Below are positions 23,706-43,300 of a stretch of 64,000 nt of DNA, one piece after another. The notes beneath the pieces were generated by a model. That model saw only the letters and a program-made list of their open reading frames with translations. It searched no databases and was not told the origin of the DNA. The position numbers and the translations under genes were made by a program. The stretch lies in the NCBI GenBank assembly GCA_013239625.1, contig MU054163.1:1-64000 (forward strand). Reading direction: 5' to 3'. The DNA comes from Lama guanicoe (Eukaryota). Numbering within the stretch: position 1 is the first letter of the stretch; each line of letters begins with the position of its first letter.

Positions 23706-24795
23706 CCACACCGAGGCATATTCTATAAGAAAGCACATGTCTTTTGAAATTATAAATAGTAAGTTTGCTGATCTACAGAGTGCTAATGTAAAAGAGTTCA
23801 TAATTGCTTACTTCTTGATTTTCACTAGAAATTAAGGGTTTTTTTTTAAAGGTTAAGGATTGTAATTAAAATAGGTAATTAAAACTACTAAAATTAATGA
23901 GGAAGACATCTTTGCATGCAAGGAAAAAGAAGGTATAAAGAATGGAAATGCATTTTGTCAAAGGAAAAAGTAATTTTGTTCTAAAAAGAAGTTAAAATAG
24001 AAAGGGAAAGCAAAGGACAAAATACCAAGGTGAAACATTTCTGATCACTTTCAGACAACTGCCACTGAACTGGGGAAGACATGACAGAATTTTGATGGGG
24101 AACCTGATGGCTACATAAACCTGGTAACAGAAGGTCAAGATCCAGAAGAATTAGTACACAGGGATGAAGGGCAACTGTTACGACTTTTTGTCTGAAATAT
24201 TGGTTTTTAATGTTTGTTTTTCAGATCTAAGGAAGACTTTCTCCTTAAGGTTACCATGACTTACAGCAATTTGATAAATTATACCTTTGCAAGCAGAATT
24301 GAGTCATTTATCTTTTCTCTCCACCTGATCCCTCCAGAGTTTGGAAACTCCTAGTGAGTGTTCTTACCTTCCTGGCAATATAGTTATTTTTGGAAGTTCA
24401 GTGAGAATCTCTTCTCCCTATAACAAGACACAATTGGAAGCATAAGTTATATTAACCTGGCTTTGAAATGTCATATTTGAGAATATGCATAAAATCAGGT
24501 ATGACCAGACAGCTTTAAAGAACAAAGGTGAACATTATGGAGCCTGAAGCTTCTTGGAAAAACAACCTGATACCTTGTTTACTGGGTTCCAAGCAGCTTT
24601 ACCAGGTGAATAAGGAAGGTCACCTCCTGGCAGGTGCAGAAATCTCAATATATTTTGGGGACTTTGAGAAGAGTGGAATCCACCCAAATCTGTAGGGATT
24701 GCAGGCAGAATCTGATGGCAAGTCCTTGGTGTGACTTTCCTGGCCTTGGGAGGCCTTTTAAAGTTCAATCTGAGACTCCTTATAAAAAGTTCCAT

Positions 24796-25600
24796 CAACT
24801 AACTGCTGAACAACAATTGATAAAAGAGTAGAACCTACCAAAAACAAAGAGCTTCTACATCTAAAGACATAAAGAAAGAACCGAAATGGGAGAGTGGGGG
24901 GGGGCGCACTTGTAATGTAATCAAACCCCATACCTCCTGGGTGGGTGACCCGCTGCTGGAGAATAAGTATATTGTGGTGGTTCTTCCACAAGAGTGAGGG
25001 TTCTGAGCCCCACACAGGCTCTCCAGCCCAGGGGCTGGTCACCAGGAAGAGGAGCCCCCAGAGCATCTGACTGTGATGGCCACTGGGACTTAACTGCAGT
25101 AGCTCCACAGGTCTGGGGAAACAGAGACTTCACTTTGAAAGGTCATACACAAAATCTCATGTGCACTGGGACCAAAGGTAAAGTAATGACTTCAAAAAAC
25201 ACCCAGGAATAAACCTACCTAAGGAGGCAAATGACCTGTACTCTGAAAACTAAGACACTGATGAAAGAAACTGAAGATGTGACAAACAGACTGCAGGATA
25301 TACTGTGTTCTTGGACTGGAATAATCAATACTGTTAAAATGGCCATACTACCCAAGGCAGTATACAGTTTCAACGTAATTCCTATCAAATTGCCGTGACA
25401 TTTCGTGCAGAACTAGAACAAAAAATTGTTAAATTTGTATGGAAATCACAAAAGACCCCATAAAGCCAAAACACTCTTGACAAAGAAGAATGGAGCTGGG
25501 GACTCAGGCTCCCTGACTTCAGACTATAGTACAAAGCCACAGTGATCAAAACAGTATGGTATCGACACAAAAACGGACATGAAGATCAGTGGAACAGGAT
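24796..25600 (+). mobile_element. LINE-1 fragments (5' UTR-like sequence joined to an ORF2 segment)
   Basis: 24796-25190 resembles 18953-19345. 25195-25600 is ORF2 (CCTGACTTCAGACTATA..., GATCAGTGGAACAG). Confidence 0.75.
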
Positions 25601-26495
25601 GGAGGCTGAGGGTGAGGAGTATGCAGACTGGACCCTGGAGGAGAGTTGCTGAGAGTCATCTTGGCCCTGGGACCGGCTGCAGTAGCAGAAGCCAGACCGT
25701 CCCACTCACTTAGGAAGAGGAACCTCCTCGAGGGGCTGCTCACAAACCTTCTCAAGGAGGCTCACGGGGGCAGCTTAAGGGGCAGGCTGCGCATTCACAC
25801 CCACCTTCAGGAAGGAAGGACTCACTCTCCCAGCTGCTGGGAGAGTGGGCAGCTGTCTTGGGGACTGGATCTGCTGAAGAAAATGGTGTCACTTAAGGTC
25901 ATATCTCCTTTGAGGGGCAATGTGTGACCAACATGGATGACTTGCGCTGCTCTAGATGTCTCTGGAGGGTCCTCCAAGCTCCAGAGCTCCTGAGGGCTCA
26001 GCTCAGGCATTTGCTGGGCCTCAGTGCAGCTCAGCGTTTCTGCTCCCATCCCGTTCCTTCCCCACCTCAGCACTTGACAGGGAGAGCCTCCTCTTAAAGT
26101 CCTACTGCCGAGTCTCCTTCTCAGAGTCCAGGAGCGTGGCCTGGAGCAACCCTGCAAGCCCTCGTTAGCCATCCCGATGACTTTGGCTGTCACCGGACTG
26201 AGGTGGGGCCCTAGAGGGGTGGGAGGCACCACCTGTTTTCTGTTGCACCGGGATCACGCTGGCTGTAGTATTGAGAATGCCCAGCAGGGGGCTGCTCTAA
26301 TCCAGGAGGCGGCCAGGGTGGCTGAGGCTCAGAAGTCACAGTGTGGGTGGTGAGACTCTGTGCCCTCTGGAAGGTGGGACCACATGGATTCAGAGTGAGT
26401 GGTGGGAGGGGCAGGGGGAACTAATGCTTTTGGCCTGAGCCGTTGGATGGGTGGATCCACCACCACCTTTGCTGGGAGAGACTGTGCAGAGGATG

Positions 26496-26794
26496 TGCAG
26501 TGGGCTGACGTGTTCCCCCAAGTTTGTATGTTGAAATAAACCCTAATGAGATGGTGTCAGCAGCCAGACCACTGGAAGGCAATTAGGTCACAAGAGTGGA
26601 TCCCAGGACCCCAGGGAGGAACAGTGAGAAGTCGGCCATCTGCAACCAGGAAGAGGCCTCACCAGAACCCGTCCAGCGGGCACCGTGACCTCCGACCTCC
26701 AGCCTCCAGCCTCCAGAAGCCTAAGAAACGAATTCCTATTACTTGCGAGCACTGGCCTGTGGTACTCTGTTACAGCTCCCCAGCTGAGTAAGAC
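26496..26794 (+). mobile_element. MaLR LTR (MLT1-like)
   Basis: MLT1 hallmarks: GCCATCTGCAACCAGGAAGAGGCCTCACCAGAACC, CCAGCCTCCAGAA, TGGTACTCTGTTA...TAAGAC. Confidence 0.7.
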
Positions 26795-27744
26795 GGGAGG
26801 TCTGGGGGCCTGAGGTCTCCTGTTGAGGAGTTAGAGCTCCCTTCCCTGGAGCAGCCACTTGGGTGTGTGAGTCTGGGGCTCCGGAGTGAAGTCTGGCCCT
26901 TCGACATAAATGTGAGTCATGGGCGCACAGCCCCATTTATAGCCAGGAGGCTGCTGGGCCCCCAGAGGGAGGTGAGGCCCGAGCGCAGCTGTACGCTCAT
27001 CCCCCTAGCAGTCCTGGGTGGGGGAGGGGGGTAACCAGCCAAGGAGCCTGAGAAGCGGCAGCTGCCTGCCCTGGAGGGAGGGGCAGGCGCAGGGCACACC
27101 CTGCAGAGCTCATGACTGGGGTCTGCCGGGGCTCCTCCCACTGACCCTTAACAGGCTTCACCCCGGCTTCCTCTCTTCCCTACTGGTTTCTCCCTAGCTC
27201 TGTCCCTCTCCACCAGGCTGTGGCCCGGCTCCTCCCACTGGCATGCCAGCAGCAACTTTTGTATCCCCAGGGCTGGGCACTGCGACCAGAAGGTGCTGCG
27301 GGCAGTTCTGGGGATAGAGGGGCAGTGTGTTCAGCAGCCCTGGTCCTGAGGAGCTCCGCCTAGCCCAAGCCTGGGGGCTCCAGCCCTTCCCTGAGCAAGG
27401 CAGGGTCGCACCCACCCGGCCCCAAGCTGGTGACCTCCACCTCCTTTTGGCCATGGGGCAGGGGTGGGGGGCTCTGGTGGGCAGACTGCCGCCACTGCCT
27501 GCTGCCGCCAGCAGCCGTGGATGGGGACGTGAAGGGGGGCTCTGGCAGGCCTCCCTGGCCCCTGCTTGCCCCGCCTTGGCAGCCTTGGATGGGGGCTCCC
27601 TGGGCTGGACCACCCTGACAGGAGGGGCTCTGGGGCTCTGCACCGCACCCCCAGCCTCTCTGAGGGTAGTGTTTTTCTGCGGGGACCAGGGGTTCTCTTC
27701 GGGGGCGGGAGGGCTCTCCGCGGGATGGTGAAGGCAGGGGGGCT

Positions 27745-29051
<1,307 letters not shown>

Positions 29052-29295
29052 CAGGCTGGGCCCTGTCCCCGTCCTGACCCAGGGACCCTGGCCCCAGAGC
29101 ACTGCCCCAGGCGCTCCACCCTAATCCCCTGGAACCCCAGCTCTCCTACAGGCTTAAGGCTCACCACCAGCCCCACTCTGGGCACCTAACACTGACCTTG
29201 AAGACCCTCCTTTTGGACCCAAGGGGTCTTGCTCTGACCTTGATGCTCCCTAGTTCCCTCCCTCCCCACTCACCAGGCTTAGCTTTGGCTTCACA

Positions 29296-29301
29296 ATTAA
29301 A
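29296..29301 (+). terminator. IFITM5 polyadenylation signal (ATTAAA)
   Basis: ATTAAA ~245 nt after the stop codon. Confidence 0.55.
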
Positions 29302-29870
29302 AGTGCCTGGCTCTAGAAAGTGCCTTCTGGGACCCATTCCTGGCTCGGTAGGGGGAGTGTCTTCCTGAGGGAGCTTCCTAGGGACCACCGCAGCCGAATC
29401 CCCTTGGACTGCCCCCAGCATGGATGGTGGGACGTCCTGTCCTGCAGCTTGGCCGTGCCCTGACTATTCCCTTTACTCAGCTGGTCCTGTGGCTTCTGGG
29501 TGGAGGTGCCTGAGTATTTTAGAATGAAGTTTGGAAACTCAAGCTTTTGATCTCTGTAGTGCTGTGGTTTAGGGGCCTGCCGCCTTCCAGAATGTTTAGT
29601 GGCCCGTCTTCCAGAATGTGTGTGCCCATCCCCAAGTCAGTGCACGTGCGTGCATGTTAAGCAGGAGTCCTGGCTGGCGAGAGACTTGTCCTTGTCCTGT
29701 GTGTTCCTGTCTGGGTGGGCCTGTGCTGGCCTTCTTTGGGTCACTCTGTCCTCATGACCCCTGCATCCGTTTAATTCTGGTAAATCTCCATCCTGGCAGT
29801 GGGACCCCTCCTTCCTGGATCATTGGGGCTGGACAGAGTCCCACTGTCATCCGTGCACACATATATCCTA

Positions 29871-29892
29871 CACACACACACACACACACACA
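29871..29892 (+). repeat. (CA)11 microsatellite
   Basis: Read directly. Confidence 0.9.
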
Positions 29893-31391
29893 ACTGTGCA
29901 GAGAGGGAGAAATTTGGGGGTGAGGACATTTTCTGAGTGTCCTGGGTGCGAGGTGCATGTCCTCATATCAATTCATCTCCCTTGTGCACCCCCCACCCCA
30001 GGCCCAGCAGTCTGGCAGAGGGGGCATTGCTAAACACACGCGCACACCCTGTGTGGCTGGGGCTGAGGCCAATGACAGGGCAGGCTAATTGCAGGGACCT
30101 TAACCACAGGGTGGTGCAGGGCTTTGAGCACTCCACCCATGGTCCCTTCCCTCCCCAGGGAGCCCCCTTTGCCTGCCCACCCTGCCTGGGCTGGGGGTGT
30201 GGGTCTCTGTCTAGCTGATGTAATTGGAGCCCCCTGAGTAGCCCCCCTTCTCTGACAGCCAACAGTGTGCCCTCAGAGATGGGTCCCGGCTGCTTGGTGC
30301 TGCTCGAGCCAGCCCAAGGCAGAGGTTGTGCTGGCAGGGGCCTAGGGTGGAGATGGCACTGGCCAATGCTGGCGCCAGTCCCAGGTTGAGCCAGGGACAA
30401 GGCCAGTGCTTGGACCAGGAAGGAGACAGTGTTCCAACACTAAGCTCCAGGTTTGACCCAGGAAGGTACCAGCTCATGCTGGACAGAGTCTGGGTGCAGG
30501 GGTCAGCCTGTGCATGGCCGGGTATGTGTCTCCAAGCATGGTGGTCTGCCAGTGCCCGTGTTTGGTGAAGGGAGCAGAGATTATCCAGCCTGTGCCCAGG
30601 TGCTGAGGACAGAGAATATGCAGTCAAATCAGACGCAGGGGAAGGTCACCAGCAACCCTTCCTGCCTCAGGCTATCTCCTGGGCAGGTCGTGGGACCCTG
30701 ATCAAGTTTAAGCAGTTGGCTGCCATGGGCTACGCGCTGTCACCCTGTCAGGCCCCTCAGAGGGCTGCCCCACTTCACGTGCAGGTGGACGCATATACAC
30801 GGCACCCACACAGCAAGTATCAGGTCACATCGGTCCCAGGGGTGAAGGGCCACACACCACCCCCACCCGATGCCTCTGCACACATGTGGCTCCAGGACTG
30901 CAAGGTGAGCGTTCGCTCCAAGGGGACGGTCACTGGCCACCGCGCTTGGCTTTAACAGACCCGTCTGGGCCTCTGCCGCACTGCTGGAGGCTAAGGGAGA
31001 GCCCATGGGCGCCCCAGCAGGGCACAGGCACTATTCCGAGGACACTAGCCTGCACATTGGCCAGTGAGCTGCCTGGAGGCCACAGTCCCTGCAGTGGCAC
31101 GGAGGCAGCCCTGTGACGCCGGGCCTCCGCCCACCCTCCTCACCCTCTCCATTGTGGGGCTTGGTCCCTCCAGCTTGTCTGCCTGGTGGCTGCTTCTTGG
31201 AGACCCGGGGCTAACTCTCTGAGAACAGCCAGGATGAAGGAGGGTGGAAACGCAGATGTGACGTCTCTACATGGGCAAGGTTCTGTGGTTCTGGCCCGAG
31301 AGGAAGGGAAACTGCCTCCGGTTCAAATCCTCCCTTTCAGGAGGGAGCCCAGCAGCACCTCACAGCAGACAAAGCTTGCCCAGCACTGAAC

Positions 31392-31397
31392 TTTAAT
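31392..31397 (-). terminator. Probable PGGHG polyadenylation signal (ATTAAA)
   Basis: First poly(A)-type hexamer I found on the - strand, ~1 kb after the stop codon. Confidence 0.45.
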
Positions 31398-32385
31398 TCC
31401 TCAGGCAGATCTGGTGCCTCGTGACGGCCTTCACCAAGATTTCAGGGCAGGCGCCACCTGACCTCATCCTCGGGAGACCCCAGAGAGCGCAAGTCTGATG
31501 TGCGAAGGCCCCGGGGGGAGGGTGGGCAGAGCCTCGCTGAGGGCAGCCTGCACAGGTCGTGGCCTTGAACTCACACACAGCTGGCCCAAGCCCTTCTGGC
31601 CGGTCAGAGGGAAATGCAGGATCCTGCTGGGTGTCCCACTCCGTCCCTTGCTGGCTGAGGGCAGGCATGTGACAGAGGCAGCCACTCGACCGAAGGGGCC
31701 CAGAGGCAAGAGGAGCCAGGACGGAGGACACTGAGGCCCCACAACAGCCCAGGGCACCTGGACCCAGCCACGCCTGCTGCTGCTGCGTGACACAGAAGGC
31801 CCTTGGCGGCAAAGCTGCGACTCAGGGTCCTGAGTGAGCCCACAGGAGACTGCGTCTTCCCCGACACCCCTCCTCCCTGCCGTCCACATCTGCCTGCACC
31901 TGCCTCTGTCTTCTCTGCAGAACTGTTGGTCACCCCCCCCTCACCCTGTGGCGTCTAGGGAAGGGGTGCCAAGGGAGGGCAGGTGCAGGCGTCAGCCCAG
32001 AGGGGCAGGAGCAGACGTGGCTGCAGGGGTTTAGGCTGGGGGAGGGGCGCCCAGGCTAGAGGCAGCGTCTTGAACTTAGGCCAAAGAATCCAGACTTTCC
32101 CTGGAACCTGTGAGTCTGGTTGCCAGGTGGAGGGTGGAAGTGGGTGGCAGGCCAGGAGGGCGTCGAGGACAGGGGCGCAGCCGGCTGGGGGCACCTCCAG
32201 AGGGAGTGGCCAGAAGGGTTAGGGTTAGCCAAGAGCCCTGGCCGTCTGGGGGCAGGGGCAGGTCAGGGCTGGAGGAGGGACTCTGTGGGGCTGGAGGGGG
32301 CCTTGTGGGCTCTGGGGCAGGTGTCTCATGTCGTCCAAAAATCCTCCCAGGAAACTGTTGGAGCAGAACCTGCTGCCCCTGCTTC

Positions 32386-37191
<4,806 letters not shown>

Positions 37192-37635
37192 GGAAAGGCT
37201 TGCACAGTGGAGTGGCCTGGAAAGGGGGGAGTCAGAGGCCTCTCAACGGCAGGGACTTCCTCTTCTGACTGTAAACCCTAAGACCTGCCTTGGAACTTGG
37301 CTGACGCCCCCACAGATGGTGGGGGGCTGCAGGCCCACCTGGGAAGCCCTGATTTTCCAGACTTCCCACTCTTAAGCCACCCCAGGAAACACCCTGAATC
37401 TTCAGGGGTGCTCAACCCCCCCCCAATATTGATCTCCAGGGACCCAACTGAGACCACAGACTCCCACTTTAGGACCTCAATCCTAACCCTTCCAGCTCTC
37501 TCCAAGCCCCACAACCACGAATGGGTCTTGCTGGCCGGGAAGCGAGGAGGCCTCGGCCAGGCTGGGCCCGGGTGGGTTGTGTGCAGGAGCTCGGGGAGGC
37601 AGGCTGCCGATGGCAGGCAGGGATCTGGGGCTCAC

Positions 37636-37880
37636 CGCAGGCCTGCCGTGTACCTTGGCTCCAGCTGGGTCGGTGCCGCCCCTCTGGGACCGTAGAGAGA
37701 AGTTGCCGCGGGGTTGAGTCTCCCGGAAGGCCGCGCGGTCCCCGCCCCAGGGCGGCGCGGGGCGGGTGGGACGGCGATCCCCACCTCCGGGGCGGGGCCC
37801 GGCGGGCTGCGCAGCCTCCACCGTCCCTTCTGCCCGACCGGCGGACCAGTGCGCAGGTCGGACTCGCGGGAACTTGTGCC
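37636..37880 (-). promoter_or_regulatory. PGGHG CpG-rich promoter and probable non-coding first exon
   Basis: CpG-dense segment with GGGGCGGG boxes. A donor GTGAG follows 37636 on the - strand, and a TTTCCAG acceptor precedes 37216, just upstream of the ATG. Confidence 0.6.
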
Positions 37881-38139
37881 AGGAGCCTGCTGGAACTTTG
37901 ACCTGAGATTTCTCCAAGGGTGGATCTGAGAGGAACCGGGGCCTTCAGCTGAGGTGGCCCCTCTCCTGTCTCCGGCTCTTGCCTCTTTCCCTGAGCTTCC
38001 CCCCTCCCCCAAGGGTGACACTGGCTGTCCTCACCCTTCCTGCCTTAGTCCCAGTCTCACTTTCCGGCTCTCCCCAGCCTCTCCTCTCACGCTCCGTCTC
38101 CCTACTTGCCCCCCCACCCCACCCCCTGGAGGTCACAGG

Positions 38140-38470
38140 CCCTGGGCTATCTCAGCTTTGTGTAACCCTGGCCTGACCCAAATGACTGTACTCTGACCAC
38201 ACAGTGCCCCAGCCAGAGGCACTCAGATTTAACCCATCCCCTAAACTGCTCTTCCCGTGGCCTCCCTAGCCCAGGTGATGGTGACTTCACCTGTCCAGCT
38301 AGTCACTGTCCCTGGGCTATCTCAGCTTTGTGTAACCCTGGCCTGACCCAAATGACTGTACTCTGACCACACAGTGCCCCAGCCAGAGGCACTCAGATTT
38401 AACCCATCCCCTAAACTGCTCTTCCCGTGGCCTCCCTAGCCCAGGTGATGGTGACTTCACCTGTCCAGCT
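38140..38470. repeat. Perfect 161-bp direct duplication with 9-bp spacer
   Basis: 38140-38300 is identical to 38310-38470. The spacer is AGTCACTGT. Confidence 0.95.
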
Positions 38471-38784
38471 GCACAGCCCCCTCTGTCCCCACACCCACAT
38501 CCATCCTCGAGTCCTGTGGGCCCCGCCTTCCCGGGTGTGAGGCTCTCACCAGCTGCATGCGCTGCCACCTGTAAGACCAGGCTGTCCTCCTGGATGAATG
38601 CCTGCTCCTGCCCCTACAACCCTTGTCAGCAGAGCTGCAGCCACCCGGAGAGCGGTTAGGCTCTGCTCAGAAGCTGCAGTGGTGCCCCTCGCTGGCAGGG
38701 CCCTGCACGCAGCCCCTCCCGACCCCACCCACCCCTGCCATCCAGCTTCCTTGCTGCTTCTGTGCCTGCCCAAGCTTGCTCTCC

Positions 38785-39069
38785 GTTATGGGTGGATATG
38801 TCCCCCAAAGTCCACCCGGGAATTTGAATCCCCAGCGTGATAGTACTCGGAGGTGGGCCCTCGGGACACAGCTAGGTCAAGAGCGGCAAGAGTGGGTTAG
38901 TGTCATGCAGGGAAGGACACAGCCAGAGCTGCTTCTGCAACCAGGAGCCAAAGTGAATGGCAGCTTGACCTTGGACTTCCCAGCCCCCAGAACTGTGAGA
39001 ATAAACTTCTGTTGCTGACAAGCCACCGGGTCTATGTACTCTGTTATAGCAGCTGAGCTGACTGAGACA
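38785..39069 (+). mobile_element. MaLR LTR (MLT1-like)
   Basis: TTGGACTTCCCAGCCCCCAGAACTGTGAGAATAAACTTCTGTTG...CTGTTATAGCAGC...GAGACA. Confidence 0.75.
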
Positions 39070-39507
39070 GGCCCCTTCTCGGCCTTCACCCTTGCTATTC
39101 CATTGCCCTTCCTCCAAGACGCCCTTGGGGCTTGCTCCCCACTCTCTTTCAGTCTCAGCTAGGTTTCCCCCAGCTCTTCACCCGGGACAGGGAGCCCCTG
39201 GCTCCACTCTCCCCCTCTTGCCCTGCTTTCCCCGCCTCCACAGCAGCTGTCAGCTGCCCAGATGCCAGCTCCAGGTGGGCAGGGATTTTTCGTCTGTTTT
39301 GTGCATTTGAAAATGGATGATGGAAGGGAATTTTGGGACATGTAGGGGCTGACCCCCAGGGTTCCCTCCCACCTGGACTGAGATCTCAGAAGCTGGCCGA
39401 GTGCAGCTGTACTGAGCAGAGGAGACTTGAGGACGCAGGAGCTGTCCACTGCTGGCCTTGCCATCGAGGCCAAGCCTCACTTCAGAGCTTCCCGCAGTCA
39501 GGCTGTT

Positions 39508-39625
39508 CTTCTGAGCCTCAGTTTCTTCGTCCGTGAAATGGGGCTAAAACTCCACCCCACTCAGATGGATCGGGTCCCAAAGGAAAGACTATGAGCACCT
39601 GTTAGGTGCCTGGCCAAGTGCAACA
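39508..39625 (+). mobile_element. MIR fragment
   Basis: MIR core TCTGAGCCTCAGTTTCTTCGTCCGTGAAATGGGG. Confidence 0.6.
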
Positions 39626-39649
39626 ACCAACAAAAGTGAATCCAAAGAA

Positions 39650-39655
39650 TTTATT
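39650..39655 (-). terminator. Probable NLRP6 polyadenylation signal
   Basis: AATAAA on the - strand ~690 nt after the stop codon. Confidence 0.6.
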
Positions 39656-40344
39656 GTGATGGCCCACCACCAATGCCATCACAACCCACATCCTGAGCTA
39701 AGGACCACTGCTCCATCTCTACTCCTGTGGTCTCTGTCCTGAAGGCCTCAGACAGAGTGTGGACACCTCTGTACTTGGCCACACAGCCCCAGGGATGGCT
39801 TCACTCCTGATGCCAGGACCCAAATCCTAAGGGACAGTGGCCTGCCTACTTTCAGCCCAGGGCAGCCCTGCTCAATCCCCTGTGGCTGGGAGCAGCACTG
39901 TGGGGCTGTGGGAGCCCATCCTGTGCACAGGGTAAGGGTCATGAAGGGGTCACTCAGTGCTGAGATCACCAGGTACAGGCCCTGCCATGGTAGGTGCCCA
40001 GCTGCTGGGAGCGCTCAGCCATCCCTCTTGTTGCTGGGGGCGCCTATAGTGGGGATGACTGGAGGGTCCCAGGAGAGGAAGGTAGGTGGAGCAGCAGTGG
40101 GAGCTTGGTGGGGGAGTCCCCTGGGTGTGGAGGACAGAGACATAACCTGTCCCCAGGGTGTGGGGGAAGGGGCATGTCTTGGGCCTGTCCAGGGCCAGGT
40201 GAGGGGCCATGTCTGTCTGGGTCTCCCGTCTGCCTGTCCAGGACCCTCTGCTCAGAGCAGAGAGCAGCATCCTCTCGCTCCTGGACTGGGGAGGACTACT
40301 CCATGGGGCTGACAGAGTCCTCCGCAAGCCTGGCCTTCAGGGCC

Positions 40345-43300
40345 TCAGAGGGTACTGTTGAATCCTTTGGGAGGCTCGGGGTGGCTGTCCAACATTGGGT
40401 GTGTGATGACCAGTCCTGGCTTTGCTGTCCCCAGGGCTCGCAGTGCTTGCAGTGACTGCTCGCTCAGGTCCACGGAGGTGAGGCTATAGCCACGGGCAGA
40501 GGACAGAAGTCGGGGTTGGCTGGGGGAGGAGGCCAGGGCTCTGGGGAGGCAGTGACAGGGGAGCAGGTGTGGGGGTAGTGATGGAGCTGTTGACCTGGGT
40601 CATGCCAATGGCACACAGTGACAAGAGGTGGCCAGTCCAGGGGATTGTCAGAAGATGGGGGTAGCGGGCAGGGACTAGGGGCCAGAGCCTCCAGGGGAGT
40701 GAAAGAGTGTTGGGATCACTGGCCCAGACTGTGGCCAAGGGCACCAGACAAAAGATGGATATTTGGTGTGGCAGAGTGGTCAAGGCCAAGGGCTGGGGCC
40801 AGGGGTTTGGAGGGTGAGGCTCCAGGGGCTGGGTTTCAGTGAGGTCACTCAGGAGGGTCCTGGGAGGGGCGCCTCTTTAGGGTCCAGGGGAAGCCCCTGG
40901 TGCCCACCCCAGCCCAGGGTTGAGAGTCTGTTCCCAGCACCCTTCCCACCCCTCCTTCTACCTGAGGGTCTGCAGGCGGCATCCTGGGTACTGCAGGGCA
41001 GCACACAAGTAGGTCACCGTGGGTCCCGACAGCTGGCAGCCACTGAGATCCAGGGTGGTCAGTGCTGGGCTATGCTGGAGCACGCCCACCACGTACTGGA
41101 GTGCTTCCTGGAGGCCGGGCTGCTGCACCCTAGAGGGAGGGCTGACTTCAGGAGCGGCTGTAGGAGCCGCCGTCCCTCCCTTGGTCCCTTCCAGGCCGAG
41201 CCTCACCTGAGCGTCTGCACCCGGCACTGGGGCCAGGCCAGGCCCTCACTCAGCACACGCAAGCCGGCCTCGCTGAGGCTGTTGCAAACAAGGCCCAGCT
41301 CCGTCAGGGCAGGGGCCTCCCTCAGGGCCTCAGAGAGGTCTCTGCAGACCAAGTCGGGGAGTTTGCAGTGGGACAGCCTGTGGTCAAGAAGTACAGGAGT
41401 CTGTTTGCCTCTTGGCTACTCCCCAGCTGGGCAAATGCCTCTCCCTGGGGGCCGAGGTACAGTACGCAGATGGTTTGGCTCCACACCTGTCTCCCTGGGC
41501 TCCACAGAGCTTCTCCCGCCCTTTGTCACCATGACTGTCCCTGGGGAGCCATGACCATGTGTGCACTGGCTGGACGGCACCTCCCAGTTTCCCTCTGTAC
41601 AGTCTCCACGAGCTTTTGGACGAGCTGATAAGAGCCCTTACCCTCGCGCTGTCTGACTCCCTGGACTCCCTGTGACCACCGCTTGGGGACAGGTGGGCAG
41701 AGCTTAGTCAGCCCGTCCCTGACAGCGGGTAGTTGTGTCGTTTCTGCTTTTTTGCTGTTATAAGTAATGCTGTGGTGAACATCGTTATGCATGTAGTTTA
41801 GCGGTAGAGTTGACGGCCCACGTGAGCTCCGTCTTGGCTCCCTGCGTGTCTCTGTCAAGCTGCATCACCGTGTCAGCGTCGACACGTGACTACCTCTTTG
41901 GCCGTGCCCATCAGTACGCGCTCCTGCCATCTTGCTTACTTTCCGTACTTGATGGTAGCTGACAGCAATTGGAAGGTGACTGCCTCACTGACTCTCACAT
42001 CCACCTTCTGCGGTGGGAGCTTCTGGGCTCCATTTCCCGGGAGAGGATGAGAGTCAGGCAGACTGGCCCAGAGCCTGTGCCTGAGCACCTTCCACAACGG
42101 CTTCTAAGAGTCCAGAGGGACCTCCCGGCAATATCCAGGAACACTGGCAGCCTTCCTCGGGAGGAAAATACATTCTGGCCAGCTTCATCCCTCCCTCAGA
42201 GTGCTTAGCTGTACCCCACTCAGACTGGAGCCAAATCCTCCATCCTAACCAGCACCTGAGCTGTGATGGAGTTCCCCCTTCCCTCCTCTGTCCCGTGTGG
42301 GCAGAGCCTGTCCACCCCGGCACAGGACACCAGAGGACACAGATTCTCAGCCTGTTCCCTCGGCTGCCCCCAGACAGGGCCACACCTCTGTGCCTTCCAG
42401 GGAAGGGGATGGGCGTGGTCACTCACGTCAGGCTATTTAGACCACACTGTTGGTCCATCATGGCCTCGCAGAGTGGACGCAGTGGAGAGCCCAAGGGTTT
42501 TCTTATGGTGGCTTGAGAGCTACTAAGAGAGAAAAGAAGGTGAAGCCTCCTGGCCCCTTCTAACCCCTCACTCCTACCAAGACCTCCTTCCTGTGGTCCT
42601 GAGGTGTTGCAGCTGCTTCTGCCCTCACCCCAAGATGGGCCAGGACCCCTCCTCCCCCTTCATCCCAAACCCAGAGTGAAACCACTCATCTGTGCCCCCA
42701 CGCATGTGTCTCCTCACTGAAGCTGTCTGTGTGAGTCCCTTGGGCATGTCACCTGCATACCCAGCATGGGCCTGTCCTTGCACCTGCAATGGGCCTCGTC
42801 AGCCCAGCCCCTGTCAGTGTCCTGACATGTGTTCTCCCAGCAGTTGCTGAGCACCCATGTCCAGTGCTGGGCTGGAATTAAGTGCACAGAAAAATGGCAC
42901 AGGCTTTGCCTTGGAGGACCTGAAGGGCTGGTGGAGGAGGCAGGCATGGGCAGATGTCATGGCATGCCGTAGTCAGTGGGGCACTTCTGAGGCCAAAATG
43001 GTCTCCAGCCAGTTGGGGGAACCTGGAGAGACTTTGAGGACAGGCAGTGAACAGAGTGCTCTGGATGGAGGGAACAGCAGGTGCAAAGGCTCAGGGCACA
43101 GCAGGCGTGGTGTATTCTAGAACTTCTTATGAGAAAACATCGCGGCAGAGGGGAGTGCTGGGTCAGAGCCACGTTTTGGTGCTGGGAGGTTTGCCTTGGA
43201 TATGGATGCTGGGGGTGAGTATGGTGAGGACACCTGGGGAAGAAGATGGACACCAGGAGGCGGCCTTGCACGGGGGTGGGGAGAACCAGTCCTGAAGTCG

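Larger units (their letters stand above)
21333..24795 (+). mobile_element. AT-rich non-coding ERV internal sequence (MER4-group-like) with two nested LTRs
   Basis: Abrupt AT-rich segment with no ORFs, resembling non-autonomous ERV1 internal regions as I recall them. Confidence 0.5.

Noticed and set aside
25170..25215. Spliced L1 (5' UTR joined to ORF2)
   Set aside because: The homologous 5' UTR copy has no GT at the junction position. A deletion or a second insertion is simpler.
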